Shown here: piece by piece, positions 45,529 through 56,176 of the stretch | How positions within the stretch are numbered: position 1 is the first letter of the stretch | How the letters are laid out: the number at the start of each line of letters is the position of its first letter | Source: Rubrivivax sp. | GTDB lineage: Bacteria > Pseudomonadota > Gammaproteobacteria > Burkholderiales > Burkholderiaceae_C | DNA: 64,000 nt | Assembly: GCA_020248945.1 (NCBI GenBank) | Contig: JADCGQ010000058.1 | Coordinates: 19,189-83,188 of the forward strand | Direction of reading: 5' to 3' | Notes under the pieces: model-generated | What the model was told of the DNA's origin: nothing | Seen by the model: only the letters and a program-made list of their open reading frames with translations | Databases searched by the model: none | Program-made: the position numbers and the translations under genes

Positions 45529-46314
45529 TCAGCCCACGGCCAGCGCTTGGGTCAAGGCGTCCGCAAAGGCCTCGGGCGCTTCCACCGGCGGAAAGTGCCC
45601 GCAGTCGAAGCGGCGCTGCCGCGCCCCGGGGATGCCGCTGCAGAGCACGTCGATCTTCTCGGGCGTGATGAGCCCGTCGAGCGCACCGTGCATCACCAGC
45701 GTGGGCGCCTGCACGCGCTGCAGATCGGGCCGCAGGTCGGCATCGCGCAGCACCGCCACGCAGCGCGCGTAGCCCTCGGGGTGGGTGTGCAGGAACACGC
45801 GGCGCAGCGTCTCGACCTGCGGGTCTTGCCGGCTGCGGTGCACCGCCGAGAACATGCGCTCCACCATGCCGCTCGCCAGGCCCGCCAGGCCCTGCTCGCG
45901 CGCCACGGCCGCGCGCTGATCCCAGCCGCCCGGGGGCGGTGCCATCACCGCCGCGCTGGAGCACAGGGCCAGGCTGCTGACGCGCTGCGGCGCGTCGATG
46001 GCCGCGCGCAGCACGGCCAGGCCGCCGAGCGACACGCCACAGGCTGCGAAACGATCCCAGCCCAGCTGCTGCGTCAGCGCCAGCACGTCGCCGGCCAGAT
46101 CGGCCAGCGTGCAGTCTTGCGGCGGCACCTCGCTGCCGCCGTGGCCGCGCAGATCGGGCCTGAAGACCTGGAACTGCGGCAGCAGCAGCGGCACCACCTT
46201 GTCGAACAGGCTGTGGTCGGCGCCGATGGGGTGCAGCAGCAGCAGCGGCGTGGCATCGGGCCGCCCCTCGAGGCGGGCGTAGTGCCGCAGGCCCTGGGCT
46301 TGGAAGACGGGCAT
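45529..46314 (-). CDS. alpha/beta hydrolase (3-oxoadipate enol-lactonase-like)
   Basis: Contains LLLLHPIGADHSLF, the nucleophile elbow GVSLGG and the C-terminal CGHFPPVE. The true ATG is at 46314, inside a longer track ORF. Confidence 0.8.
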   Translation of the reverse strand: MPVFQAQGLRHYARLEGRPDATPLLLLHPIGADHSLFDKVVPLLLPQFQVFRPDLRGHGGSEVPPQDCTLADLAGDVLALTQQLGWDRFAACGVSLGGLAVLRAAIDAPQRVSSLALCSSAAVMAPPPGGWDQRAAVAREQGLAGLASGMVERMFSAVHRSRQDPQVETLRRVFLHTHPEGYARCVAVLRDADLRPDLQRVQAPTLVMHGALDGLITPEKIDVLCSGIPGARQRRFDCGHFPPVEAPEAFADALTQALAVG

Positions 46315-46328
46315 CGGGTCGACGGCGC

Positions 46329-47072
46329 TCAGCGCAGGTGGGGTTCGAGGAACTTCATCGACGGCGGCAGCGCGGCCGCGCGGTCGGCCTGGAACACCCG
46401 GCGCAGGAACTTCCACGCCGAACGCGCGTGCTCGATGGCAATGCCCTCGGCGCGGGTGCCCTCGCGCTGCTCGATGGCCTCGACCAGCGAACGGTGCTGC
46501 TCCTGCGAGACCACGAGGATGGCCTGCACCTCGGCCGTGTCGGCGCGCGAGATGCTGACGAAGGCGTTGGGCGCCGCAAACGGCAGCGCCATCTGCCGCT
46601 CGAGCGCGCGCCGCAGCATGGGGCTGTTGGCGCCCTGCAGCAGCAGGTCGTGGAAGCGGTCGTTCAGGCGCACGTAGTCGGTGAGGTCGGGGTTGCGCAC
46701 GAGGTTGTCGACGACGCCGTCGAGCTCGTCGACGCAGCGGTGCATGGCCTTCAGCACCGGCTCGCCGGGCCCGCGTTCGGCGGCCAGCCGCGCGGCCATG
46801 CCCTCGAGCGTGCCGCGGATGGCGATGGCGTCGAACACGTCGCCTTCGGAGAAGCGCGCGACGGCATAGCCGCCGCCGGGAATCGGGTCGAGCAGGCCTT
46901 CTTCGCACACGCGCAGCAGCGCCGCCCGGGCGGGTGTGCGCGACACGTCGAGCAGGTCGACCAGTGTCTGTTCGAGCACGCGCTCACCGGGGGCCAGCTG
47001 GCCTTCGATGATGAGCTTGCGCAGGCCCAGGATGGCGCGGATGGTTTGGGGTTGGCCGGTTTCGAGCGTCAC
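46329..47072 (-). CDS. GntR-family transcriptional regulator (FCD effector domain)
   Basis: The N-terminal winged helix is LAPGERVLEQTLVDLLDVSRTPARAALLRV. GTG start. Confidence 0.85.
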   Translation of the reverse strand: MTLETGQPQTIRAILGLRKLIIEGQLAPGERVLEQTLVDLLDVSRTPARAALLRVCEEGLLDPIPGGGYAVARFSEGDVFDAIAIRGTLEGMAARLAAERGPGEPVLKAMHRCVDELDGVVDNLVRNPDLTDYVRLNDRFHDLLLQGANSPMLRRALERQMALPFAAPNAFVSISRADTAEVQAILVVSQEQHRSLVEAIEQREGTRAEGIAIEHARSAWKFLRRVFQADRAAALPPSMKFLEPHLR

Positions 47073-47224
47073 AGCGAACAGATTCTCCGGGTTGAAACAG
47101 CTCTACGCGTATACACGATGACGGGTGAAAACCCTAGGAATACGCCAGAAGAACGAAGTTCAGAATGCATTGGACGGGGTGCGCGTATACAGCGCGCATT
47201 CATCGGTCACACAGGATCCGCATC

Positions 47225-48307
47225 ATGTTCATCCAGAACGCTTGGTACATCGCCGCCTGGGCGCACGAGGTCAAGGACCAGGTCCTGGCGCGCACGATCT
47301 GCAATCAATCGGTCGTGCTGTTCCGCGACAAGGCCAGCGGCAAGGCCTCGGCGCTGGAAGACCGCTGCTGCCACCGCGGCACGCCGCTGCGTTTTGGCGA
47401 GATCGTCGACGAAGGCCTGCAGTGCGGCTACCACGGCATGGTGTTCGACTGCGCCGGCACCTGCGTGCACATCCCGGGGCAGGCCGCCATCCCGAAGCAG
47501 GCGCGCGTGCGTGCGTTCCCGCTCGTCGAGAAGGACGAGTTCCTGTGGATCTGGATGGGCGAGCCCGAGTTGGCCGACACCTCGAAGATCCTCGACTACC
47601 CCTGGCACAACGATCACCGCAAGTGGCCGCACAAGCACGAGGTCTACCACGTCAAGGCCAACTACATGCTGATGGTCGACAACCTGATGGACCTCACGCA
47701 CCTGGGCTACGTGCACAAGACGACCATTGGCGGCAACCCCAAGGTGCACATCGACGCCAAGATGACCGTCACGCCCAAGGACACCGGGCTGCACTACATC
47801 CGCTGGATGCTCGACTCGCAGCCGCCGCCGTCGTACGTCAAGGCCGCCGGCTTCACGGGCCGCGTCGACCGCTGGCAGGAGTTCGAGTACGTGGCGCCGA
47901 GCAGCATCGTGCAGTGGAGCGGCGCGCTCGACGTCGGCCGCGGCGCGGCCGAGAACCGCGAGCAGGACGGCGGCTTCCAGCTGCGCCTGTTCCACGGCCT
48001 CACGCCCGAGACCGAGGACACCTGCTTCTACTTCTGGTCCACCGCCAACGGCTACCGGCAGGACGAGCCCGAAGCCACCGAGCAGCTGTTCTCCGAGATC
48101 AGCCGCGCCTTCCACGAGGACAAGGGCATCGTCGAAGGCCAGGCCGCCATGCTGCAGAAGACGGGCGAGTCGCGGCTCGTCGACATCGTCTCCGACAAGG
48201 CGCGCATCCACATGCGCCGCACCGTCATCCGCATCCTGGCGGCCGAGGCCGACGCGGCCAAGGCCCCGGCGTCTGCAGCCGAAACGGCCCACGTGCCCGC
48301 CAAGTGA
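47225..48307 (+). CDS. Rieske [2Fe-2S] aromatic-ring oxygenase, phthalate/VanA family (single alpha subunit)
   Basis: Contains WYIAAW, the Rieske motif CCHRG...CGYHG and the mononuclear-iron region [12 protein letters not shown]. Confidence 0.9.
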   Translation: MFIQNAWYIAAWAHEVKDQVLARTICNQSVVLFRDKASGKASALEDRCCHRGTPLRFGEIVDEGLQCGYHGMVFDCAGTCVHIPGQAAIPKQARVRAFPLVEKDEFLWIWMGEPELADTSKILDYPWHNDHRKWPHKHEVYHVKANYMLMVDNLMDLTHLGYVHKTTIGGNPKVHIDAKMTVTPKDTGLHYIRWMLDSQPPPSYVKAAGFTGRVDRWQEFEYVAPSSIVQWSGALDVGRGAAENREQDGGFQLRLFHGLTPETEDTCFYFWSTANGYRQDEPEATEQLFSEISRAFHEDKGIVEGQAAMLQKTGESRLVDIVSDKARIHMRRTVIRILAAEADAAKAPASAAETAHVPAK

Positions 48308-48312
48308 CGGCG

Positions 48313-49554
48313 ATGCGCCCACGCGTCGCGCCCACCGTCGCCGTGGTGGGCGCCGGCATCGGCGGCCTGGCGCTGGCGATGGCGCTGGTGCGCCGGGGCT
48401 TCGACGTGCAGGTGCTCGAGCAGGCGGCCGCGTGCGCCGATGTCGGTGCGGGGCTGCAGCTCAGCCCGAACGCCACGCGCTGCCTGGCCGACCTGGGCCT
48501 GTTGCCCGCCCTGCTGGCGCGGGCCTGCGTGCCGCGTGGCAAGGAGATCCGCCTGTGGAGCACGGGGCAGCGCTGGAAGCTGTTCGACCTGGGCGCGAGC
48601 GCGGTGCAGCGCTACGGCTTCCCCTACGTGATGGTGCACCGGGCCGATCTGCACCAGGTGCTGCTCGAAGGCCTGCAGGCCGCGGCCGGCGCCGAGGCGG
48701 TGCGCTTCGGTGTGCGCTGCACCGGGCTCGATGAGCACGACGGCCGGCCCCGGCTGCAGCGGGCCGACGGCGCCACCGAGCGCTTCGATGCCGTGGTGGC
48801 CTGCGACGGCGTGCACTCGTCGCTGCGCGCGGCGCTCGGCCATGTCGACCGGCCGGTGTTCATGGGCTGCATGGCCTGGCGCGGGCTGGTGCCGGCCGGC
48901 CAGCTGCCGGCGCACCTGCGCGAGCCCGTCGGCACCAACTGGGTCGGGCCGGGCCGGCACGTCATCACCTACCCGGTGCGAGGTGGTGAGTTGATGAACT
49001 TCGTCGGCATCGTCGAGCGCAGCGACTGGCAGCACGAGTCGTGGACGACCCGCGGCTCGCGCGACGACTGCGCCGCCGACTTCGCCGGCTGGCACGCCGA
49101 CGTGCAAGCCTTCATCGCCCAGCTCGACCAGCCGCACCGTTGGGCGCTGATGGGCCGCGAGCCGCTGGCCTGGTGGGGGCGCGGCGCCGTCACGCTGCTG
49201 GGCGACGCCGCCCACCCCACCCTGCCCTTCCTGGCCCAGGGCGCCTGCATGGCGCTCGAAGACGCGCTCGTGCTGGCGCGCTGCCTCGCCGCGCATCGCG
49301 ATCAGCCGGCGGCCGGCATGCGCCGCTTCGAGGCCCTGCGCATCGAGCGCACCGCGCGCACCGTGCGCGGCGCCACCGAGGCCGGCAAGCGCTTCCACAA
49401 CCCGGCACTGGCCGACGCGGCCGGCGCGCAGGCCTATGTGGACCGCGAGTGGAGCGAGCAGCGTGTGCACGAACGCTACGACGGCTTGTTCAGCTACGAC
49501 GCGCTGAGCGTCGATGTCGAGCCCGCCGCTGTCGCCACGACAGCGGCGGCATGA
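48313..49554 (+). CDS. FAD-dependent aromatic monooxygenase (salicylate/3-hydroxybenzoate hydroxylase-like)
   Basis: Contains [21 protein letters not shown] and [24 protein letters not shown]. The ATG at 48313 was located within a longer track ORF. Confidence 0.85.
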   Translation: MRPRVAPTVAVVGAGIGGLALAMALVRRGFDVQVLEQAAACADVGAGLQLSPNATRCLADLGLLPALLARACVPRGKEIRLWSTGQRWKLFDLGASAVQRYGFPYVMVHRADLHQVLLEGLQAAAGAEAVRFGVRCTGLDEHDGRPRLQRADGATERFDAVVACDGVHSSLRAALGHVDRPVFMGCMAWRGLVPAGQLPAHLREPVGTNWVGPGRHVITYPVRGGELMNFVGIVERSDWQHESWTTRGSRDDCAADFAGWHADVQAFIAQLDQPHRWALMGREPLAWWGRGAVTLLGDAAHPTLPFLAQGACMALEDALVLARCLAAHRDQPAAGMRRFEALRIERTARTVRGATEAGKRFHNPALADAAGAQAYVDREWSEQRVHERYDGLFSYDALSVDVEPAAVATTAAA

Positions 49555-49595
49555 CCCCGGAACCCCCTTACATCCCAACAAGGAGACACACCCCC

Positions 49596-50633
49596 ATGGA
49601 CAGGCGCCATTTCATCAAGTCCGGCTCGGTCGCGGTCGCACTCGGCGCGCCCGCGCTCACGGGCTTTGCGCAGCAGACCGTGACGCTCAAGTTCCACACC
49701 TTCATGTCGCCGGTGTCGACGGTCTACACGCGCATCCACCGCGTGTGGATGGAGAAGGTCGAGAAGGAGTCCGGCGGCCGCATCAAGTTCGAGGGCTACC
49801 CCGCGATGCAGCTCGGCGGCGCGCCCGCGGGCCTGTACGACCAGGTGCGCGACGGCGTGGTGGACGTCATCTGGACGCTGCCCGGCAACAACGCCGGGCG
49901 CTTTCCGCGCACCGAGGTGTTCGAGCTGCCGTTCATGATCTTCAAGGCCGAGAGCTCATCGCGCGCCGCGTGGGAGTACTTCCAGACGCAGATGCCCGAC
50001 GAGTTCAAGGAAACACAGGTCATCGCCTTCCACACGCACGGCCCGGGCGTGCTGCACTCCAAGGACAAGCCCATCCGCTCGGCGGCCGACCTGCGCGGCA
50101 TGAAGGTGCGCGGCCCCACGCGGCAGGCCACCAAGCTGCTGGGCGCGGCCGGCGCCACGCCGGTGGGCATGCCGCTGCCGCAGATCTCGGATGCGCTGCT
50201 CAAGGGCACCATCGACGCCTGCGCGCTGCCCTGGGAGGTGATTCCGTCGGTGCGTGTGCCCGAGCTCGTGAAGCACCACAGCGAGTTCGGCCCCCGCGTG
50301 CAGGGCCTGTACACGAACACCTTCGTGATGGCCATGAACAAGGCGCGCTACGAAGCGCTGCCCGCCGACCTGAAGCGCGTGATCGACGCCAACAGCGGCA
50401 TGGAAGTCTCGGCCTGGATGGGCAAGGTGCAGGACGACCTCGACCCCGTCGTGCGCCAGAGCGTCAGGGACCGCGGCAACACCGTGCACGTGTTCGGCGA
50501 CGCCGAGACGGCCGAGTTCAAGCGGCTCACCGACCGCGTCGACAACGAGTGGGTCGACGAGGTCACCAAGCGCGGCTACGACGGCAAGAAGCTGCTCGAC
50601 ACCGCCCGGGCGCTTATCGCCAAGCACAGCTGA
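49596..50633 (+). CDS. TRAP-type transporter substrate-binding protein (DctP family)
   Basis: AAGGAGA SD. MDRRHFIKSGSVAVALGAPALTGFA is a Tat-like signal. The DctP body starts TLKFHTFMSP... Confidence 0.85.
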   Translation: MDRRHFIKSGSVAVALGAPALTGFAQQTVTLKFHTFMSPVSTVYTRIHRVWMEKVEKESGGRIKFEGYPAMQLGGAPAGLYDQVRDGVVDVIWTLPGNNAGRFPRTEVFELPFMIFKAESSSRAAWEYFQTQMPDEFKETQVIAFHTHGPGVLHSKDKPIRSAADLRGMKVRGPTRQATKLLGAAGATPVGMPLPQISDALLKGTIDACALPWEVIPSVRVPELVKHHSEFGPRVQGLYTNTFVMAMNKARYEALPADLKRVIDANSGMEVSAWMGKVQDDLDPVVRQSVRDRGNTVHVFGDAETAEFKRLTDRVDNEWVDEVTKRGYDGKKLLDTARALIAKHS

Positions 50634-50672
50634 CCAGGCCGTGTTGCGGCTCGTGAGGCGGGCGGCGCCACC

Positions 50673-51656
50673 TTGACCGGGCCCACGACGCGCCGCCGCA
50701 TCGCCCTGAGCGTGGGCGATCCCAACGGCATCGGGCCGGAGATCGTGCTGAAGGCGCTCGAGGCACTGCGTGCCTCGGGCGAGGCCGACCGGCTCGACAT
50801 CACCGTGTTCGGCCCGCGCGCCCCGCTCGAGCAGGCAGCGGCGCTGCTGGGCCTGGGCGCCGTGCTCGAGCGCGCCAAGCTGCAGGTGTGCGGCGACGTG
50901 CTCGGCCGTGGCACGCGCTTCGGCCTCGTCGAAGCCGAGGCCGGCGTGAGCGCCGTGACCAGCGCCACCGCGGCCATCGTGGCCTGCCGTGCCGGCGAGT
51001 TCGACGCCATCGTCGCTGGCCCGCACCACGAGACCGCCATCGCCAAGGCCGGCATCCGCTTCAGCGGCTACCCCTCGCTGCTGGCGCGCGTGAGCGGGCA
51101 GCCCGAAGACCAGGTGTTCCTGATGCTGGTGGGCGGCGGCCTGCGCATCGTGCACGCCACGCTGCACGAGAGCGTGGCGCAGGCCCTGGCGCGCCTGAAC
51201 ACGGCCCTGGTGGTGGCGGCCGCGCAGGCCGGTGTGCGCGCCTGCCAGGCGCTGGGCGTGGCAGAGCCGACGGTGGGCCTGTTCGGCATCAACCCGCATG
51301 CGTCGGAGGGCACGCTGTTCGGGCCCGAAGACGCGGCCTGCACGGTGCCGGCGGCCGCACGACTGCGCGAGCTCGGGCTGCCGGTGCGGGGCCCGCAGGG
51401 GGCCGACGTGATGCTGGCCGACCACGCGCGCCACCCGCTCGACCTGTACGTGGCCCCGCTGCACGACCAGGGCCACATCCCCATCAAGCTGCTGGCGCCA
51501 CAGGGCGCCAGTGCGCTGTCGATCGGCGCCGAGGTGCTGCTGGCCAGCACAGGCCACGGCAGCGCGATGGACATCGCCGGCAGCGGCCGCGCACGGCCCG
51601 ATGCGCTGCTGCGCAGCCTGCGGCTGGTGGCTGGGCTGGGCGCCGGCACCCCGTGA
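50673..51656 (+). CDS. PdxA-family NAD-dependent dehydrogenase (4-hydroxythreonine-4-phosphate dehydrogenase-like)
   Basis: TTG start. Contains [32 protein letters not shown] and [12 protein letters not shown]. Confidence 0.8.
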   Translation: MTGPTTRRRIALSVGDPNGIGPEIVLKALEALRASGEADRLDITVFGPRAPLEQAAALLGLGAVLERAKLQVCGDVLGRGTRFGLVEAEAGVSAVTSATAAIVACRAGEFDAIVAGPHHETAIAKAGIRFSGYPSLLARVSGQPEDQVFLMLVGGGLRIVHATLHESVAQALARLNTALVVAAAQAGVRACQALGVAEPTVGLFGINPHASEGTLFGPEDAACTVPAAARLRELGLPVRGPQGADVMLADHARHPLDLYVAPLHDQGHIPIKLLAPQGASALSIGAEVLLASTGHGSAMDIAGSGRARPDALLRSLRLVAGLGAGTP

Positions 51657-51680
51657 ATCACAACAACAAGGACTGAACCC

Positions 51681-52460
51681 ATGAGCACCCCTGCACTGAG
51701 CACGCCCGCCGAAGCGCCCAAGACCGTCATCGTGACGGGCGGCGCACGCGGCATCGGCTACGCCTTCTGCGAGCACCTCGCCGGCCTCGGCCACCGCATC
51801 GTCATCGCCGACCGCGAAGGCGCCGAGGCCGCGGCGGCCCGGCTCGTCGAGCAGGGCCTGCGGGCCTTCGGGCTGCGTGTCGACGTCGTCAGCGAAACCG
51901 ATGCCGCCGCCATGGTGCACGCGGCCGAGCAGGCCTTCGGTGGCGTGGACGCGCTGGTCAACAACGCCGGGCTCTTCACCAGCCTGGCGCTGCAGCCCTT
52001 CGAGAAGATCGACAACGCCGAGTGGATGCAGGTGATGGAGGTCAACACGCTGGGCGTCTTCAACTGCGCCAAGGCGGCTTCGGCGGCACTGCGCCGCAGC
52101 GGGCGCGGGCGGCTCGTCAACATCGCCTCGATCGTGCCGATGAAGGGGCCGCCGAACATGGCGCACTACGTGGCCAGCAAGGGCGCGGTGATCGCGCTCA
52201 CGCGCTCGCTGGCGCGCGAGATGAGCCGCGACAAGGTGACCGTCAACGCCATCGCGCCCGGCTTCACGCTGAGCGACGGCGTCATGGCCACGGGCCTGCA
52301 CGAGCGCATCGGCGACAACGCGCGCACGCTCGGCCGCTGCCTGCAGCGCGACCAGGTACCGGCCGATCTGGTGGGCGCGCTGGCCTTCCTCATCAGTGAC
52401 GGCGCCAGCTTCGTGACCGGGCAGACGCTGGCGGTGGACGGTGGCGGCGTGTTCCTTTGA
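51681..52460 (+). CDS. classical SDR oxidoreductase
   Basis: Contains [12 protein letters not shown] and YVASKGA (YxxxK). Confidence 0.85.
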   Translation: MSTPALSTPAEAPKTVIVTGGARGIGYAFCEHLAGLGHRIVIADREGAEAAAARLVEQGLRAFGLRVDVVSETDAAAMVHAAEQAFGGVDALVNNAGLFTSLALQPFEKIDNAEWMQVMEVNTLGVFNCAKAASAALRRSGRGRLVNIASIVPMKGPPNMAHYVASKGAVIALTRSLAREMSRDKVTVNAIAPGFTLSDGVMATGLHERIGDNARTLGRCLQRDQVPADLVGALAFLISDGASFVTGQTLAVDGGGVFL

Positions 52461-52476
52461 CGCCGCCGGTCGATCG

Positions 52477-53439
52477 ATGAGCGCCAGCCTCAGCGTGCGC
52501 GTGACGCGCAAGTCGAGAGAGGCCGAGGGCATCTGCAGCTTCGAGCTGGTGGCCACGGACGGACGGCCGCTGCCGGCGTTTTCAGCCGGCTCGCACATCG
52601 ACGTGCAAGTACCGGGCGGTCTGGTCCGCCAGTACTCGCTGTGCAACGACCCGGGCGAAACCCACCGCTACCTGATCGCCGTGCTCGACGACCCGGCCTC
52701 GCGCGGCGGCTCGCGCGCGATGCACGAGCGCGTGCACGAGGGCGACACGCTGGCCATCGGCGCGCCGCGCAACCAGTTCAGGCTCGTGCCGCAGGCCCGC
52801 CGGCACCTGCTGCTGGCCGGTGGCATCGGCGTCACGCCCTTGCTGTGCATGGCCGAGAGCCTGGCGACCGAAGGCGCCGAGTTCGACCTGCACTACGCCA
52901 CCCGCTCGCTGGCGCGCACCGCCTTCCTCGGCCGCATCCGGCACAGCCGCTACGCCGCCCGCGCGCACCTGCACGTGGACGATGGCGATGCGGCACAGCG
53001 GCTGGACCTGCCCGCGGTGCTGGCCGCGCCGGCGGCCGGCACGCACGTCTACGTCTGCGGCCCGCAGGGCTTCATCGATGCGGTGCTGGCGCAGGCGCGT
53101 GCGCAGGGCTGGCCCGAGGTGCAGCTGCACGTGGAGTTCTTCGGCGCCGCGCCCGTGGCGACCGCGGGCGATGCGGCCTTCGAGGTGGAACTCGCCCGCT
53201 CCGGCCGCGTCATCACCGTGCCCGCCCAGCGCAGCGTGGCCGAGGCCTTGCTGGACGCCGGCGTCGAGATCGCGATGTCTTGCGAACAGGGCATCTGCGG
53301 CACCTGCCTGACGCGGGTGTTGAGCGGCATACCCGAGCACCGCGACAGCTACCTCACGCCGCAGGAACAAGCCGCGAACGACCAGTTCACGCCCTGCTGC
53401 AGCCGTGCCCGCAGCGCGCGGCTGGTGCTGGATCTGTAG
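52477..53439 (+). CDS. PDR/VanB-type oxidoreductase (FMN/NAD-binding + plant-type 2Fe-2S)
   Basis: Contains RQYSLCN and GGIGVTP. The C-terminal CEQGICGTC...C forms the ferredoxin motif. Confidence 0.85.
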   Translation: MSASLSVRVTRKSREAEGICSFELVATDGRPLPAFSAGSHIDVQVPGGLVRQYSLCNDPGETHRYLIAVLDDPASRGGSRAMHERVHEGDTLAIGAPRNQFRLVPQARRHLLLAGGIGVTPLLCMAESLATEGAEFDLHYATRSLARTAFLGRIRHSRYAARAHLHVDDGDAAQRLDLPAVLAAPAAGTHVYVCGPQGFIDAVLAQARAQGWPEVQLHVEFFGAAPVATAGDAAFEVELARSGRVITVPAQRSVAEALLDAGVEIAMSCEQGICGTCLTRVLSGIPEHRDSYLTPQEQAANDQFTPCCSRARSARLVLDL

Positions 53440-53462
53440 CCCGCGCCACGCTCGGAATGACA

Positions 53463-53511
53463 AGAGGGCGCCCGGGGCGCCCTCTGCTGGTGCCAGCCGG
53501 CGCGCGCCGGC
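53463..53511. terminator. two GC-rich palindromes between convergent genes (probable bidirectional terminator)
   Basis: AGAGGGCGCC-CGG-GGCGCCCTCT lies at 53463-53485 and AGCCGGCGCGCGCCGGCT at 53494-53511. Confidence 0.5.
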
Positions 53512-53517
53512 TCGGCC

Positions 53518-54822
53518 TCAGTCGGCTTGCTTGCGCAGGAACGCCGGGATCTCGATCTCGTCCATGCCGTTGTTCACCAGCGCATCGACCTTGGCCGCCG
53601 CGTGCGTGCGGTTGGTGCGCCACACGCTCGGGGTGTTGAGGCCCTCGTAGCTGTGGCCTTGCGGGGCCGCTTGCACGCCGCCCATGCCCGGGCTGCCGGC
53701 GCTCATGGTGGCCGATGCCGGCGCCGCGGAGGCCGGCGTCAGCGGCGTGTTCAGCACCGGCAGCTTGTCGGTGCCGGTGCGCGGCATGGCTTGCGGGGCG
53801 TGGTGGTGGGTGTGCTGCGGCGCCTGCACCAGCGTCATCGGCGGCGGCGTGGCGCTGGCGCGTGCGCGGGCGCTGTTCAGGCCCGTGGCGATGACGGTCA
53901 CGCGCAGCTGGTCGCCCAGGCCCTCGTCGTAGGCGGTGCCGAAGATCACGTGCGCGTCGTCAGCCGCGTAGCGCTTGATGGCGTTCATCGCGTTGCGGCT
54001 TTCCGAGAGCTTGAAGGTCTGCTTGCTCGCGGCAATCAGCACCAGCACGCCGCGCGCACCGCTCAGGTCGATGCCCTCCAGCAGCGGGCAGGCCACGGCC
54101 GCCTCGGCGGCCTTGGTGGCGCGGTCGGGGCCGCCGGCCACGGCCGTGCCCATCATCGCCTTGCCGGGCTCGCTCATCACCGTCTTCACGTCCTCGAAGT
54201 CCACGTTCACGAGGCCGGGGATGTGGATGATGTCGCTGATGCCGCCGACGGCGTTCTTCAGCACGTCGTTGGCGTGCGCGAAGGCCTGCTCCTGCGTGAC
54301 GTCGTCGCCCATCACCTCGAGCAGCTTCTCGTTGAGCACCACGATGAGGCTGTCGACATTGGCCTCGAGTTCGGCCACGCCGTCGTCGGCCTGCTTGCCG
54401 CGGCGCTTGCCCTCGAAGTCGAAGGGCTTGGTCACCACGCCCACCGTCAGGATGCCCATCTCCTTGGCCACGCGCGCGATCACCGGCGCCGCGCCGGTGC
54501 CCGTGCCACCGCCCATGCCGGCGGTGATGAACAGCATGTGCGCGCCCGCGATGGACTCCTTGATGCGCTCCACCGCTTCGTCGGCGGCCACTCGGCCCAT
54601 CTCGGGCTTGCTGCCGGCGCCCAGGCCCGTCTTGCCCAGTTGCACCAGCATGCCGGCGCTGCTGCGCTGCAGGGCCTGCGCATCGGTGTTGGCGCAGATG
54701 AACTCCACGCCCTGCACGCCTTGCGAAATCATGTGCTCGACGGCGTTGCCGCCGCCACCACCCACGCCGATCACCTTGATCTGCGTGCCTTGTTCGAACT
54801 CGTCGATCATTTCGATGGGCAT
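53518..54822 (-). CDS. ftsZ: cell division protein FtsZ
   Basis: Contains GVGGGGGNAV and GGGTGTGAAPV. The C-terminal IPAFLRKQAD is the conserved peptide. Confidence 0.97.
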   Translation of the reverse strand: MPIEMIDEFEQGTQIKVIGVGGGGGNAVEHMISQGVQGVEFICANTDAQALQRSSAGMLVQLGKTGLGAGSKPEMGRVAADEAVERIKESIAGAHMLFITAGMGGGTGTGAAPVIARVAKEMGILTVGVVTKPFDFEGKRRGKQADDGVAELEANVDSLIVVLNEKLLEVMGDDVTQEQAFAHANDVLKNAVGGISDIIHIPGLVNVDFEDVKTVMSEPGKAMMGTAVAGGPDRATKAAEAAVACPLLEGIDLSGARGVLVLIAASKQTFKLSESRNAMNAIKRYAADDAHVIFGTAYDEGLGDQLRVTVIATGLNSARARASATPPPMTLVQAPQHTHHHAPQAMPRTGTDKLPVLNTPLTPASAAPASATMSAGSPGMGGVQAAPQGHSYEGLNTPSVWRTNRTHAAAKVDALVNNGMDEIEIPAFLRKQAD

Positions 54823-54927
54823 GTGAGCCTCCTGGAGAAAGTTGCAGTTGCCTGTGTGGGAAGGGAAGTCCGGGCTTCTTGTGGTGACCGTGTTTTTCGT
54901 CGTCGGTTGTTCATGAGCCCTCTCTGT

Positions 54928-56157
54928 CTAGAAATTGCCGAGAAACCAGTCCTTGGCGCGGCCGACCAGGTTCTTCACCGAGCCGGCCTGCGCCGCCGCC
55001 TTGTGCCCGCGCGAGCGGGCGATGCGCGCCTCTTCCAGCAGGCCCATCACGGTGGCGCTGCGCGGGCTGGCCACCATGTCGGCCAGCGTGCCGCCGTAGA
55101 GCGGCAAGCCCTTGCGCACGGGCTTGAGGAAGATGTCTTCGCCGAGCTCCACCATGCCCGGCATCACCGCGCTGCCGCCGGTGATGACGATGCCGCTGGA
55201 CAAGAGCTCTTCGTAGCCGCTTTCGCGGATGACCTGGTGCACGAGGCTGAAGATCTCTTCCACGCGCGGCTCGATCACGCCGGCCAGCGCCTGCTTGTTC
55301 AGGAGGCGCGGCGCGCGGTCGCCCAGGCCCGGCACCTCCACCATCGCGGAAGGATCCGCCAGCAGCTGCTTGGCCACGCCGTGCTCGAGCTTGATCTCCT
55401 CGGCGTCCTTCGTCGGCGTGCGCAGCGCCATCGCGATGTCGCTGGTGATCAGGTCGCCGGCGATGGGAATCACGGCCGTGTGGCGCACGCTGCCGTCGGT
55501 GTAGATCTGCACGTCGGTGGTGCCGGCGCCGATGTCGACCACGGCCACGCCGAGCTGCTTTTCGTCGTCCGTCAGCACGGCGCTGGCGCTGGCGCTCGGG
55601 TTCAGCACCAGGCGCTCCACCTCCAGGCCGCAGCGGCGCACGCACTTCAGGATGTTCTCAGCCGCGCTGCCGGCGCCGGTGACGATGTGCACCTTCACCT
55701 CGAGCCGGCTGCCGCTCATGCCGATGGGCTCTTTCACCTCATGCCCGTCGATGATGAACTCTTGCGGCTCCACCAGCAGCAGCCGCTGGTCGTTGGGGAT
55801 GTTGATGGCCTTGGCGGTTTCGACCACGCGCGCCACGTCGGTGGGCGTGACCTCGCGGTTGTCGCGCACGATCACCATGCCGGTGCTGTTGAGGCCGCGG
55901 ATGTGGCTGCCGGTGATGCCGGTGTAGACGGATGTGATCTTGCAGGCGGCCATCATCTCGGCCTCTTTCAGCGCCTGCTGGATGCTGGCCACGGTGGCGT
56001 CGATGTTGACGACGACGCCGCGCTTGAGGCCATGCGTGGGCGCCACGCCCAGGCCGGCCAGGCGCAGCTCGCCGTCCACCACTTCGGCCGCCACCACCAT
56101 GATCTTGGCGGTGCCGATGTCCAGGCCGAACACCATGTCCTTGTATTCCTTGGCCAT
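54928..56157 (-). CDS. ftsA: cell division protein FtsA
   Basis: Starts MAKEYKDMVFGLDIGTAKI. The fold is actin-like. Trimmed from a longer track ORF. Confidence 0.95.
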   Translation of the reverse strand: MAKEYKDMVFGLDIGTAKIMVVAAEVVDGELRLAGLGVAPTHGLKRGVVVNIDATVASIQQALKEAEMMAACKITSVYTGITGSHIRGLNSTGMVIVRDNREVTPTDVARVVETAKAINIPNDQRLLLVEPQEFIIDGHEVKEPIGMSGSRLEVKVHIVTGAGSAAENILKCVRRCGLEVERLVLNPSASASAVLTDDEKQLGVAVVDIGAGTTDVQIYTDGSVRHTAVIPIAGDLITSDIAMALRTPTKDAEEIKLEHGVAKQLLADPSAMVEVPGLGDRAPRLLNKQALAGVIEPRVEEIFSLVHQVIRESGYEELLSSGIVITGGSAVMPGMVELGEDIFLKPVRKGLPLYGGTLADMVASPRSATVMGLLEEARIARSRGHKAAAQAGSVKNLVGRAKDWFLGNF

Positions 56158-56176
56158 GTGGGTGTTCCTCGTGTGT

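Noticed and set aside
42208-46677. A 1489-aa ORF on the plus strand, the longest in the track.
   Set aside because: It runs antisense to four recognisable minus-strand genes: arsA, the lipoprotein, the alpha/beta hydrolase and the GntR regulator. Its translation is Arg/Ala/Gly/Pro-rich low-complexity sequence with no motifs. Long stop-free antisense frames are expected at about 70% GC.
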